In this document: positions 42,331-57,953 of the stretch, piece by piece | How positions within the stretch are numbered: the stretch's first letter is position 1 | Layout of the letters: each line of letters starts with the position of its first letter | NCBI GenBank assembly: GCA_964016885.1 | Contig: OZ024745.1 | Location: 70,308,001-70,372,000 of the forward strand | DNA: 64,000 nt | Origin: Eledone cirrhosa | Taxonomy: Eukaryota | Direction: 5' to 3' | The notes under the pieces: model-generated | The model's database searches: none | What the model was told of the DNA's origin: nothing | What the model saw: the letters and a program-made list of their open reading frames with translations, nothing else | Position numbers and translations under genes: made by a program

Positions 42331-42876
42331 GTTTTTATTTCAATATATACAGTTGTATTTCTTACACATTTAAGCTCATATACTATATCAATACAATACA
42401 ATACGTATATCCCTTTAGGGGGTAAATAGTTTACTTTTTTAATTGAGCTTCCTTGTAACAGCGGCTCTAGATATGGTTTCCATAGCGAAAAAGTCTACGA
42501 TTGCTCGGAAGGCTATTAAAAAATTTCTCGTTACGAATGAAATTGCCAAGAACATCCGTGTGTCAAATTCCCCAAACACCAAGCGAGCGCATAGCATGGC
42601 AGAGACCTATTGATACCAATCATTCAGTCACGGTAGTCTACCGGAGTTCGGATTTCCAGAGGCGTTTGAAATGTGTTCGTCCCAAGGAGAAGCCATCAGC
42701 TGAAATGTAAGTTTCGAATTGATTCCTTAAAATTAATATATACTCTTTCACAGCATTAAATATTTACACACATGCATTTCATCTGTTTCGATTTGAGCTT
42801 GTTTAAATAGCTCGCAAAGGTTTATTGAACCTCTATAAATATCCGTTACTCAAATATTTACTAAACGTATATATAA

Positions 42877-42974
<98 letters not shown>

Positions 42975-43354
42975 CATCACAAAGGTCCTATTTAAAATAT
43001 TAATTTCATAACTTTTCTATTATTTAACCATAAGTTACTTGTGGCTAAAACTTGTTAGTACAACTTTAGTAATTCCAAATTTTTTGAAACAATTTCTCGA
43101 AGTTCTCCCGAAATATATTTAATGCATTGTTTAAAGTTGGAACTAATTAAGTACCAACACTATTGCTGTGTTATGGGGTATAAAATTAGGCTTACGTAAA
43201 ATTAATTCCTGTATTCTGGTCGGATAAGTCAAATAGAAATCTGTCTATTAAACATTTGAAAAATAATTCCTATATTAAAGTTTGTTTGTCACTAATAAAA
43301 TGACAAATATATCATCACACCAGTTTGATAGTAATAGAATAGGTATTAAAATTC

Positions 43355-44345
<991 letters not shown>

Positions 44346-44937
44346 CATAATTGCAATAAATATGTATTCTATAAGAAAACTGCATATACTTTAGCTAAAA
44401 TTGTATTCATCCATTTTTTTTCTTAATATTTAAGTATAGACCACGAGGCTGAAATGTAAGTCGAGTTTGTGTTATTTTTTCATATTTTGATAAATCCACA
44501 TTTTAAATGGTTTCCATCTATCCATATTTCTCTACACGTTAGTTAAAAAAATTATATTTATTTCACACCATTGATATTATTTTCAATATAATTCCCAGAA
44601 ATAAATCCCAGACTCTCTATTAAAAGATTATTAAAACATCAATAAAAACAAGAAGAAAAGGTTATTAACATATGAACTTGTCACATACGTTTGCGAAGTT
44701 TTCTTCCATATATATATATTCCTTCTTACGAATATGGAAACTACCTCCAAATTGACACATATATATATAGATAGAGATGTATGTATGTCCATACGAATTC
44801 AACGTTATATACATACATACATATATATATACACGTCATATACATATACACTTATGTATGTATATACATTCAAATATATATTGGTTTATTTTAAGTATAT
44901 ATACGTATATATGTGGTATGTGCATAATTAATTTTAG

Positions 44938-44984
<47 letters not shown>

Positions 44985-45309
44985 ATATATATATATTTAT
45001 ACATATTTGTATATATAACATTGCATAACCCAAAATAGATACAAACAAACATGAGTTCATTTATACACATGCATGTCTTATTTTATTTTAGTATACATAT
45101 CTCTCTATATGCATCTTATATTTTCTGTGAGAATTTATTAGCTCTTAGTGACAAATTATTTCCTCTAAAATTATTAATTTATTGTTTTTACTTTTTAAAG
45201 CCTAATCCTCCACAAGGAGTGTGTATTTGAATTTTATATATTATATTATTTTTTCATATATAAATTGTTACTCGTATTATTACCATTATTATTAATATTA
45301 TTATTTTTA

Positions 45310-45371
<62 letters not shown>

Positions 45372-45394
45372 TATTACCATATCCCAAAGTCCTC

Positions 45395-45459
<65 letters not shown>

Positions 45460-45893
45460 TATTACCAATGCTGCTTCTCCTTCTAAATGTCGCTTGCTGC
45501 CTGCGTTGTCTGATTGCATGTGATAAAATCGCGCAGACATTCATTCATTTCTTTATAAATTCTCTCTCATTTTACCATTTCTAACTACAAGCCTTCAAAC
45601 CTTTTTTCTTTAAAAAATTATCTTTATCTTCTTATATATTAAGATCCAATTCCTTTTTCAACTTTTCTTTTTTCTTACTCTCTGCATCATTTCATTTTTT
45701 CTTTCCATACACCTATTTTTTATCTAAATTTTCTTCACTATGTCCTGACTTTCTTACTGCTGTTGTACAATTTATTCATTTTGTTTGTTTGTTTCATCAA
45801 TCTTTAAAAAAGAGAAAAAAAGTATAAAACTTGAACATTTACAGACGTTGAGCATGGCGGTGAGAAATATCGAACCGAATTATATATATTTAT

Positions 45894-45993
<100 letters not shown>

Positions 45994-46027
45994 CATATCT
46001 ATATATATATATTATACATATATATAT

Positions 46028-46081
<54 letters not shown>

Positions 46082-46386
46082 TATATTCTATACACGTAAA
46101 GTAATGTTTTAAAGTAAAGTAATACTCACTTTGCCGCACTTATAAGTATTATCTCTAAATATGGATCTCTAAATCTTTCCCTTAATCTGTCCATTTATCC
46201 CCCTTTCTCTTCCTCTTCCTGACCCTTATGTCCCTCTCTTATTCTTACATCTCTCCTTCTCTCTCATTCCCTCCCACGATTCATTGCCGATACTTTTTAA
46301 TGTTTTCAACACCCTCCTGTGTGCACAGATGTTCCAAAGTACCAAAATAACTCTATGTAGATGACGATATATTTGTGTATACATAA

Positions 46387-46418
<32 letters not shown>

Positions 46419-46521
46419 ATGTGTGTGTGTGAGAGTGTGCCTGTGTGTGTGTGTATGTGTGTGAGTGCGCGCGTGTGTGTATATGTATATGTATATGTGT
46501 GTGTGTATGTGTGTGCGTGTG

Positions 46522-46599
<78 letters not shown>

Positions 46600-46600
46600 C

Positions 46601-46680
<80 letters not shown>

Positions 46681-47325
46681 CGGTGTTATACAACGAATAT
46701 GTGCGAGTGAAAATTATTCAATCGAATTCAATATTTATGCTTGTACGATATATATTCCGATCAAAGTCTTTATATATTTTATCTAGATCAAATTCCATAC
46801 CTCACTGAATATTCAGATGTGTTTCTAAATAATGTTTTGTACATTTCCTCATGAAGTTAGATAATTTGAAGATTGTAAATGATACCTTTATATATGTCTG
46901 TAAGATAATGACTCGTTAATCCACGAAGTTACCTCATATCGGATTCATTACATGTTTGAATATCAGGAAATAAAATATAAGGGTTTATGTACATCTATAT
47001 CACGTGCCATTTTCCATTCCTTGTGGATATAATTCGTCGTCCGATTTAACTTAACTACATGATTATTTGGTTGGTTTTAGGGGAGTATTCTATGTTGGAA
47101 ACATTCTAACCAGAGGCAATGACTTGCTTCGGGACACTGCCTTCCCTTTCCCGGGCCTCAGATACCTAGACAAATGTCATGAGCACCTTAACTCATCAAT
47201 AAGTTTAAAAGTTACTTCTCTCCCCGCATTTACCTGTAGCACATGAGCAAAACGAATGTTACACAATCACATTTACATATTAATATATTTAGAGAATCAA
47301 GCACATTATAATGATAATAATAATG

Positions 47326-47365
<40 letters not shown>

Positions 47366-48059
47366 ACAGGTTTCTGAATTAGGGACAAGGCCTGCAATTT
47401 TGGGAGAGAGTAAAGTCGATTAAATTGACCTCAGTGCGTTACTGATAATTTAATAATAATAATAATGGTAATAGTAAATATTCACTGAAATTGCCAAGTG
47501 ACTTTGACTTAAGCATTCAATGAGCCGAGGTTACGACGACGTTCCCAATCCCAATTGTAATAATTTCAGTTTAAAATCAACTATTGTGGAAATCATAACA
47601 TTACACATGTTGCTGTTATTGTTGATGGTGGTGTTTGAATATTCTTCCTTATAAATCTAAGACCATGTGTACCTATATCAGAAAATCGATATTCTATGGA
47701 TTGGTGATAAGCGCAGTTTATGATGCTCTCTTGAAACTTGGTTATAGACATTTATTTTCACACAAGTAGCCTTCTCTAAAATCTCAATTTTCAAATCATA
47801 TCACCCAATCATAATGTTATATTTTCTACAACTGTTATTTCTGTCCTTGAAGTATTTAATATTAAATATATTACAAGTGCCATTTATGGCAAAATCACTG
47901 GAGTGCCGGCAAAAAGGTTTTGTGGAGTTTAATCAGATGTGCACCGTTAAAATATGTACCACGCAAGTACTGTAGTCAATTTAATGTTTATACTCTCCTC
48001 GTATGGACTTGTGTGTATATTACATAAAACTATGCTAAATACCGTATCAAGTATTGTAA

Positions 48060-48212
48060 AAGACAGCGAATTGGCTGAAACGTTTGTGAGTCGGATTAAA
48101 ATTGCTTCGGTGTTCGTCCCCGCTCACTGCGTTCTACGTCCATATCCAACCATGTTCAACCTCGTCTTTCATCCTTTAGAGGTCGATATAAATTACCAAT
48201 GAAGTACTGGGT
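48060..48212 (+). mobile_element. Degenerate tRNA-derived SINE
   Basis: 'ctttcatcctttagaggtcgatataaattacca...gaagtactggg' resembles the SINE body. Confidence 0.5.
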
Positions 48213-49251
48213 GTCTCCCATTCTCTCTCCTTTGTCTCCCATTCTCTCTCTCCCTCTCTATCTCCCCTTCTCTCTCACACTTTCTCTCTCTTTCTCTCTT
48301 TCCCTTTCTCTCTCTCCCTCCTCTCTCCCTCTGGAAGAAGTTGAACAGCTTTGTCCGGAACTACAGAGGGATGGATTTCGCCAGGTTTAAAATACCCCGG
48401 GGACGTCGTGTTTCATGAAAGCACATCTACGATTCCGTGATGAATTAAGGGCCCTTTACTATATCAATATAGTGTTTGGGCAAAAATTTACGGCGTCAAG
48501 CATGAGTTAACTTACGTCTCTCTATGTTTTGAGTTCAAATCATGCCGTGTGCTGATTATTCCTTTCCTCTTTTTAAGCACTAAACATATATTCAAGCCGT
48601 TTGTACTTATAACATCAGTAACTACTATAACATAATCGGCATTTAAAACACATTTTACTAAAACGATCACCTCTTCAGTATTCCGTGAACAGATGACATG
48701 TTATTAACTGATTCATCAACTATTCCAAATACGTTTTCACCAGTTGACTTATAACTAGCATGAATTCAGTTCTTTCTATAAATAAATATGAAATTGAGGC
48801 GTATATGATTATGATCGGATGTTGGTACCGTTGGAAGATACGGTTCTATTGTTAGCATTCAAACCAGGACGTACCACCGGACTCAGTAAAAACAGAATGA
48901 TTCTCCTTCTTGCTCCCACTAGACCGTAAATTAAAGAGAATTGTAGTATTAACTAGCATCCTGTATTAACATGAGACCGTGGAGGTAAATCACGTGTAAA
49001 AAAGTCACATCAAGCTATAGAATAAGTCTTTTTGATGGATATATATAATTATCTATGAAATATCATCCCACATTAAAATTATGCACTCCTCGTTTCAATT
49101 ATAAACAGGAAAAAATACTTCCATAAAACACAGAAATACGCAGAAGCACACACACACATGCACACATATATATGCAAATATATACGGATGTATACATGCA
49201 TAAGTGTTAGTACGTATATATAAATATCAAAATGCGCACGGAGGTTCCTTG

Positions 49252-49347
<96 letters not shown>

Positions 49348-49436
49348 GTTGTATGTCTAGATATATATATATGTGGGTGTGTATATATGGGATGTATATA
49401 TAAGTATATATATATGTGTATATATGTGTGTGTATA

Positions 49437-49469
<33 letters not shown>

Positions 49470-49808
49470 ATATATGGGAAAAACACTTAGACACAAACTC
49501 AAACATATTTATATGCATATCTACCAACGTCTCGCTGATCTGTAAACACATAAACTACACATGCACAACTATATATACGCATACACTCACATTTGTATAT
49601 TAGCGTGTATATATGCGTGGGTATTTTAAAGGTGGTGTTTGGTAAAATCGATAGAGTGACGTCGAAAGCCAGTATTGTTTTTTGTAATAAACCCTTACAT
49701 TGTGAGTTGAATTTCTACTGTAGGTCGATAAAAAAATACTGCATTTCTATCCTAACCTCCATCTATTTATCGGTCTATCTATCTTTCTTTCTATCAATCT
49801 TTCACTTT

Positions 49809-49909
<101 letters not shown>

Positions 49910-50017
49910 GGTGGTGTCTGTGTGTTATTATTTTACTATTTTACCTGTTCCAGCCATCAGACTCAATTGTCAGTGGACTGATTATTTTGGGGCCATCCTT
50001 TATATATATATATATAT

Positions 50018-50262
50018 AATAGCTTTCACCGTATTTTTGACTAAAGGAACTTTAGCCTGATAATAGGGTTTAGAACCCTCAGATAAATGGAAAAAGATGA
50101 GTATTGACGTACATTGACGTACATGTACGTCAATACTCATCTTTTTCCATTTATCTGAGGGTTCTAAACCCCATTATCAGGCTAAAGTTCCTTTAGTCAA
50201 AAATACGGTGAAAGCTATTCTATTTTCTAATTTCAAACCTGCTCACTGTTTCAAAACATACT

Positions 50263-50265
<3 letters not shown>
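50018..50265. mobile_element. Mini-element family C, fold-back palindrome in (TA)n
   Basis: 50018-50219 is a near-perfect palindrome centred on gacgtacatgtacgtc with a 10-nt duplication (attgacgtac) in the left arm; ~46-nt unpaired tail on the right; (TA)n on both sides. Confidence 0.85.
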
Positions 50266-50305
<40 letters not shown>

Positions 50306-52408
50306 GATACTCGATACTTTGTGTAGTAGAGTATGGCTATATATATATATATATATATATAAATGGTGGGTATATGGGAGGAAATGAAATGGAGTTGTTG
50401 CTGGTGGTGGTTGGTTTCAGTGGCGGAGGAGGTGGTGGATGTGGTGGTAGTGGTGACGATGGTGGTGGTGACGGTGGTGCTGGTCTTCGTGGGGGTGGGG
50501 GTGGGGGTGGGGGTGCTGATGGAGGAGGAGGAGTTCGACGAAGTTGCTGAAAGATGTTGGTAGTTGTGATGATGGTTTCAATATTGATCTTTGTGTCTCT
50601 AAACATTTCTGTATAACATTGTATGTATATATGCATATTTGTTCGGCTTAATTTCGTTCTTATACGAGTCTGTGTGTCCGTGGGAACGTGTAATCAACCC
50701 TCTGAGTACCTTTGGTGTGTGCATTTTTATCATCACATTTAAAGCTTCTCTCGGAATCTAGCGTGTAGTGACTCCCCGTTTTTCATCTCTATCACATAAA
50801 AATATCGCTACGTGTATTTGCGTTATATTGTTAAACATGTTTCTATATATTTCCTTTTAACTATATTCAAGCTTGAGGTTTAAACCATTGCTCTTCAACA
50901 TTTGTTTTCATGATACCAACCCCAGATATTACATTTTTTTTTCTCTTTTCATAAAAGAATAACATTAAAGTAGAAGATTTGGAATATCAAAAACAATTTC
51001 CTGGAGAACGGTCAAACTTCACTGGCAGACTCCGTAAAAGCTACATTCGACAACCTCTCACAAATAAAGTGATTTTATTGAACCCTTTTGATTCGTATGA
51101 ACATAGGTTCTTCAACACTAGTTTAAAACATTATAAGAATTAACAATGTAAATAATTGCTATAGTCAAATATTTAGTCGAATTCATTGTAATTAACACTT
51201 TCTTTTCTCCATGTGTCGGTTTCAACTTTCTTTGTATTCCGTCTCATAGGATCCTAAATTAAAATGTATTCATAGTCAACTGATGGAGTTCAGTTCATTA
51301 CGTCTTTATTTTGTAATACATTTCCTCTTTCCCTTACTGATATCAAATCCACGTTAAATCAATATTTTTGCTGTGATCTTTGCTGTTGTTTCTGCTATAT
51401 AGTCCCATTCGACCCTGATCCAGCACCCCAATAATTAAATATTCACCTGACATGACACTCTAGTCGTTTATACAGAGATTCACACGTAGTGTACTCTTGA
51501 CTTTACTGATTAATATATCTATTATTTTTGTTAAGTAGGATGCGACATGAAGAAGATTTAGCTATTATTTTTACGAAAGTGAGCAGCCAAGTTGATTCTC
51601 GATATTACATATTTATTAAAACTCAGGAACCAAAGGTAAACAACGTGTGTCCAAGACATGATTTCGCTATCCAATTGAAGCAAATTTGTTTGTAGTAATT
51701 TAGTCAAATTGGAAACAGTGAATGACCGAAGGAATCTATCTAGATGTATGCCTGAAGATTATAATTTCTTATCCCACCAGTATTAACTTTACACTTCATC
51801 TTCCCAATGACGATGAAATGCGTAGAAGTCATGTATTGTGTTGATCTATGTACACTGAAAGCGTTTAGCTCTGTAACGTGTACTACTATAAAGTCAAAAA
51901 TAGGCGGTCAATTAGAAGCATCGGACAACATTCTTTGCAGCCTATAGCTACATCCTTTACGTTCCGTGTTGAAATACGCGATGTTTTGAGAACAAAATTT
52001 TGACCTACTTACTTCAATTCAAAATCTCTGAAATTAGTCGCAATACAGATAATCAGTAACTGTGTAGAGACTTGTGTATTTCGTCGTAGATTGTCGTATG
52101 GAAAGAACTAGTTCACGCAATAATAAAGGAAAGAGAGGGAGATGGAGAAGTAGTGGAGCGAAGGTGGAAAGAGTACATGCTCAGTTAACAGATTGTAGAT
52201 TGTTGGTTATTGATTTTTGTCTATCATCTATTCGACCTAGTGTATGGTGGTTATAGTAATGACGACTTCTGTGGTGTTACTGTAACACGACATGAGCCAC
52301 ATCATTCATCAGTAGTTTAATGTGGAGCTAACATAGTTTTGTGGAGGATCAGTAGTAGATCAAAATCAATGCATATCCTTTCGGACACATTTTGCTATCT
52401 ACACACAC

Positions 52409-52455
<47 letters not shown>

Positions 52456-53437
52456 TAGATAGATAGATAGATATAGATATATATGCGTGTGACGGGGGTG
52501 TACATATAGCAGATTACCCTGAAAGATTATCATAGATCTCAGGCTGATATTTTAAGTCATGAATAGGAAGTACATAAAATGTATGTTTAATGGCTGCATC
52601 CCCTATAAAGACTGAGTTCAGTAGACTGGCCTGCGAAATGTAGGTACTCTCGTGTTTAGTTGTTTAGAGATCTGATTAAGAACACATTATCCAATACACC
52701 AATTCGAAGGATGTTTTACTAAAGCATCTAGTAGATTGATTGACCAAATAAATGCTCAATAATTAGCGTAAGTGGATAAAAGCTGAGTGCAACATATTAA
52801 GAAGGAGCAAAGAGTGGAATCATTTGTAAGGCGTTAATGCAGGTAAAAAAGAAAACAGCATGGCAGCTTCCATCTACAGTCAAACTTGATGTTTCTTATG
52901 CCACTATTTTTCTGGAAAAATACATACATAGTTAACCTTTCTCAATCCTATTTTTTTCCATTCCTATTTGGTTTTCGTAACTAGTCAAGTAAAAGCAATA
53001 TTTGAACAATGATATTTGGGTTTCTTTTTAGCGCTACGCTCAAATCTCATTACATTCAGGTTAACTCCTCACCTAATTGTGATCGATAAAATAAGTTACA
53101 GTTGCGTACTTAGTGACAATTGACTGTATCACTTGCCCATGCTGACGCTATTCTCTAGTTTCTTAAATAATCGATATATCGAATAGATTCTTTACCTTGT
53201 TTTGCTAATCATTGCTTATCAACAACAGCCTTCAATGATAATGTAAATAACAGAGGTAATATTTATTTCCGAAGTGATAAAATCTATTTAACTACATAAT
53301 GTGGAATGGAATGGAATAGAATGGATCTCCATTGATTTCGACGATGATTATTTTTCAGTTGTTTGATCAACAGAACAGCCAGCTCTTAAAATTGAGGCAC
53401 AAGTAAATAATAATAATATTAATATCATTATTATTAT

Positions 53438-54310
53438 CTCTTGCAGAGATATCGTTCAAGGTATCTCGTCCAAATAGATTTTGTTCGCTATTTTATTATT
53501 CCAAGTGTACCGATTAAAACTGGTATTGTACAGGCTTTAAGACGGCACATTTTCTCAATCTCAATAATCAGATCTTTAGATTTACTGGGCTTTCGCGTCA
53601 CATCCCAAGTGGGGTTGCGATATGATGAAATACTTGTGTTGATTAAAAAGCATATTTTCTTTTAAAGGTCCTTTATGTCGGACCCATTGGCCTTGATCTT
53701 TCTGTCAGTGTTCACTGGAACATCCCATAGGTTTCTCACATCCTCGCCTCCTGTTACTGCAACTGAGTGATGCTTGTACCATTTTTCCTCTGTTTTTTTA
53801 TGCCCTAAAACTTGCATATTACCCAGTCTAAATATTTCCCTATTCTATCATGCCTAGTTTTATACTTCTGGGAAGCTACAAGTTTGTACCCTGAAACCAT
53901 CTGGTTAATGGTCTTAAATTTTTCATCGTAAAAACGATACTTTGGCTTGTAGGTGGATCTTTGTGAAAAAGACACACTTACTCTCTGCTTTTAGCTTAGA
54001 ACGCCGCCGCTACTTATGGTTGAAAGTTTGAGCTATATCAGGTTCTTTCTTACGGAGAACATACTGCCGATTCAACGGATTTTGCTCGCATTGATCCCAC
54101 ATTTATCGTTTACCATCATTTTTCGCCAACATTGTTTCTATTCATTGCAGCCTTAATTGCAGAATCGCCTTCATTTTCAAATTTGTCTTCATGTATTCCC
54201 AATTCTTCCACAAATGTCCTTCTTTCCTTCGTGCTTAGACGTAAATGATTGTTTTCTTTCATGATCTGCAACTATTTTCAGCTACCAGACATCTGTAGTT
54301 TGAGTCCAAT
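53438..54310 (-). mobile_element. Decayed R4/Dong-clade non-LTR retrotransposon (zinc-knuckle remnant plus restriction-like endonuclease)
   Basis: Minus translation across stops: ...KYKTRHDRIGKYLDWVICK...KWYKH...LWDVPVNTDRKIKANGSDI...KSKDLIIEIEKMCRLKACTIPVLIGTLGII...SLQE, matching the R4 motifs RHD, LWD, TD..I.ANRPDI, KYKDL, IPVIVGALG. Its 3' side abuts (TAA)-like repeats. Confidence 0.8.
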
Positions 54311-55171
54311 GGATGATATTCTGACTTACAGCTCAAGTTGGATAATTCCTCTAATGCTGCTGTTGTGTTATATCTATATATTGTTAGATATAAATCATCC
54401 GTCACTCAACGTCATTCAGGCGCCATATGTCCAATAATATGAAATTTTGTTATTAGTAGCATTACTATAAATATAACTAATATAATATTTGGAAGTCATT
54501 TCCCACTTAAAGTTTCGCTGAAATTCAACATTTTGAAATTGTAGTTTCAGTCTGAAAGTGTTAATATGTTCTATTGAACACCTTGTTTCTGTGGGTAGGC
54601 TAGAGAACCATGGAAGTACCGTATCTAAATTCAATACGTAATTTTTAGCCAATTCTAGTATACATTCGTATTTCACTAATAGAAGGCAATCAAGTTAATT
54701 TGCCAGACAATATCGTATCTTCTGCTCTCAAATATCAGTTGCTTTTCTAATCAGACTTTTGAAATCCCAACACACGTAGATCCGGTAATGGTTTATCAGA
54801 GTAAATTTAAAGTCTCAATAACTGAGGTAGGAAGATTTTATAGCACTACAGTCTCTTGCCAGAAGCGAAATTCTACTCTTTCTGCTTTAAATATTGCTGT
54901 GATTCGACACTTCCTATAGAAAGGATATGACATTACATTCGGAGATGAGTGATAACCTTACGTCTAGAACTAGAATTATATATTCACTAATATATTCTTA
55001 TATACGTTCCCCATCCACTAGTCACAACCCTCTAGCTATTTTTGTACTTTTTTAATTCGCCAGTAAGTTAAGTTCGAATTGCTTTCACGATAATGAAACA
55101 TGAAACTAAGCTGGCATGCGTATTTATGCACACACACACACACGCACACGCACACGCACACAGACGGACAC

Positions 55172-55227
<56 letters not shown>

Positions 55228-56481
55228 ACACACGTACATATATATACACTCACACAGACATACGCATACATAATACATATTTCCTATAAAACGATCAAAA
55301 ATATTCTACATAAATATTCTCTAAAAGTATATATAACAGAAAAGCTATTAAAATTTAATAATTCTGATTTCCAAAATTTTTCCCATGAAAACAGAAGAAT
55401 TATATCGATTGCTTTTATCAAATTGAATACACAATGCTGCATCAGATAAAGGAAGAATTTGGATTTTTTGAAAGCTGTTTCTAAAGACAACAAAACGATA
55501 GGATCTTCATATCATATGGTATTGCTACCCCAACCACTGCCTGAACAACGAATAATCATTTATTTCTTTATTTTTATTTCATGCTAACTCTAAAATAACA
55601 ATTCTAAAGTAAGTTATAAACCATTCTTTTGAATATTGCGTACAATAGAACTCAACAAACACAGGTTTTCTGATCTTTACGAAAGTTATGTATGTAAATT
55701 GAATTGGATTTGCAATATTACCTCAGCAATGCAGTACAGTCTTTCCATAGAAACATATAAATGCAAGGATATATATTGTTGAGGTAAAATTGTTTTAGGA
55801 TGGCTCGTTAGAAATAAAGTGTAAGATAATAGTAAAATGAAGGAATATAAAAGGTTTATAATTTTACTTTAAATCCGTTGGTATTTCGGCGTTAAAATAC
55901 CCGTTTCAAGACGCAATGTTGTATGATGCTAGCTAACTAACCTCTCAAGCTGAGCTAGGGATATATAGCTGTATCATTTGGTCGTTTCAGGAAAAACATT
56001 TTTGGACTCCGATCAATTAATTTCCAAACGTCAATTCACCAATTCTCTCCCTCGTTCAACACCTTTTATAGAAATTATTACGCCATTCTCTTCAGATCGT
56101 TGATTATCAAATTCAAAAATGGCGATATGACATAATCAATAAGCGTTACACTTAATATTCTGCGGCCTTAAGTTATTAACCTAAATATTCAAAATTCCAT
56201 CGTGGCTGTGTCAATAGAATATATTTCACCGAAATACTGGGATAAGAAAAATAGTATTATTTTCCAAAATATGTAGCAGTGTGCTTAAGTAATAGAAATC
56301 TCGAAAAGGGTATCACGAACTCAATCCTGTTTTATAAAATAGAAACACGACGTCTCTGAGAAACGGTCTCACCACATTCAGACAACGTAAAAAGAGTGGC
56401 CACTGTATCGTCAACAAACGTGTATGAATAGCAATGCAAAGTGCCTCTTTACAACATATTTCCTTACTGGTACGTTGAATG

Positions 56482-56553
<72 letters not shown>

Positions 56554-56878
56554 TGTGTGTGTGTGTGGGGGGGGGGCGCATGTGTGCGGGGGGGGGGGGT
56601 GTATCGATAGTGTGCAGACTACAAATCAAAGAAGTCCTCGGTACATGGTAAGATTCAGAGTGGGTATATTAGTGAAAATAGAGGATCTACATGCATATAT
56701 ATATATATATATATATATATTGTTATACTTTGGGAGGGTCATGTTGCCAATAAGAAACACACGCACCAGTTGCTTTCACTTCAATTTATTATATATTTAT
56801 AAATTTATAAATTTACAAATCTACAAACTTATAAATTTCTGGTTGGTTGGTTCCACAACCAGATAGTTGTTTATATAT

Positions 56879-56923
56879 AGTCATAGTCCTTTCGTCACAC
56901 ACTCTGTGACCTCTTCAGTGACT
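56879..56923 (-). ncRNA. Minimal type I hammerhead in the inverted pseudo-LTR (canonical core)
   Basis: AGTCA-CTGAAGA-G-GTCACA gagtg TGTGAC-GAAA-GGAC-TA-TGACT; stem I AGTCA/TGACT, 6-bp stem II, vestigial stem III, CUA triplet. Confidence 0.8.
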
Positions 56924-57195
56924 GGGAATTCCTTTCTTTGTTTCTGTGCCTTTCCTTTCTTCTGTCCTACGCCATTTTGTTTCTGTGTGTGTGTTGTGTG
57001 CTCAGTTTGCGCATGTGCCACATTCGGGTGTCTGTGTGTGTTTGTGTTCATTTATCTATTTGTTTATTTATTTACATGTTGTTGGTTGGTTGTTTGTTCT
57101 ATGTGTGTGTGTGTTTTCATTTTGTCCTTAATTGTAAGTTGTGATGTTGCTGTTCCACTCATATTTTCTATTTAATTTTGGTTGTAATTCTTTTA

Positions 57196-57704
57196 GCGAA
57201 CTAGCCTACAAATTTAGAAGGGCCCTAAATAAACATAAACTCAATATTAAGATAGTAGAAAGACCAGGTACCTCCGTAAAAATACTTATTAGCAAGACAT
57301 ACCCGTTCCAAAGACCCTCATGTATAGATAAGAAATGTATAACCTGTAAAATAAGCCCCCATATTAACTGTAAAACTAAAAATGTAGTGTATAGCATAAG
57401 ATGTACTGAAGGACAATGTAGAAACAAAAATATAGTGTACATAGGTGAGACAGTTCGTAGTATAGGGGAACGGATGAATGAACACTGGCGAGACCTTCAA
57501 GATAATAAAGAATCATCTGTACTCTACCAACATGCTAAGATAGAACACAAGGGTAAATTAGAGAACATAGAAATAAAAATAGAATCCACACACAGAAAAG
57601 ATGCAATGTTTAGGCAAATTACAGAGGCAGTAAACATAAAAGAATTACAACCAAAATTAAATAGAAAATATGAGTGGAACAGCAACATCACAACTTACAA
57701 TTAA
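57196..57704 (+). pseudogene. C-terminal part of a PLE polyprotein: Cys-rich linker plus GIY-YIG endonuclease (RT lost by truncation)
   Basis: ...PFQRPSCIDKKCITCKISPHINCKTKNVVYSIRCTEGQC...VYIGETVRSIGERMNEH...RQITEAVNIKELQPKLN. VVY/YIGET, R..EH and E...I....P.LN are PLE endonuclease motifs; the Cys-rich linker suggests a Neptune-like group. The ORF N-terminus before 57196 comes from the inverted repeat. Confidence 0.9.
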
Positions 57705-57908
57705 GGACAAAATGAAAACACACACACACATAGAACAAACAACCAACCAACAACATGTATATAAATAAACAAATAGATAAAAGAACACAAACACACACAG
57801 ACACCCGGATGTGGCGCATGCGCAAACTGAGCACACAACACACACACATAAACAAAATGGCGTAGGACAGAAGAAAGGAAAGGCACAGAAACAAAGAAAG
57901 GAATCCCC

Positions 57909-57953
57909 AGTCATTGAAGAGGTCACAGAGTGTGTGACGAAAGGACTATGACT
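57909..57953 (+). ncRNA. Minimal type I hammerhead in the 3' pseudo-LTR (C3U variant)
   Basis: Same fold as 56879-56923, but the core reads TTGAAGA. Confidence 0.7.

Noticed and set aside
50337-50636. Proline-rich 99-aa ORF
   Set aside because: Derived from (GGT)n/(GGA)n low-complexity sequence and runs into (TA)n; no splice or homology support.
54822-54862. let-7-like sequence TGAGGTAGGAAGATTTTATAGC in a short hairpin
   Set aside because: The seed matches, but the 3' part has several differences and the hairpin (~41 nt, 2-nt loop) is too short for a pre-miRNA; likely chance.
56867-57175. Hydrophobic Cys/Val-rich ORFs mirrored at 57657-57965
   Set aside because: Antisense reading of the AC-rich PLE pseudo-LTR, duplicated by the inverted repeat.
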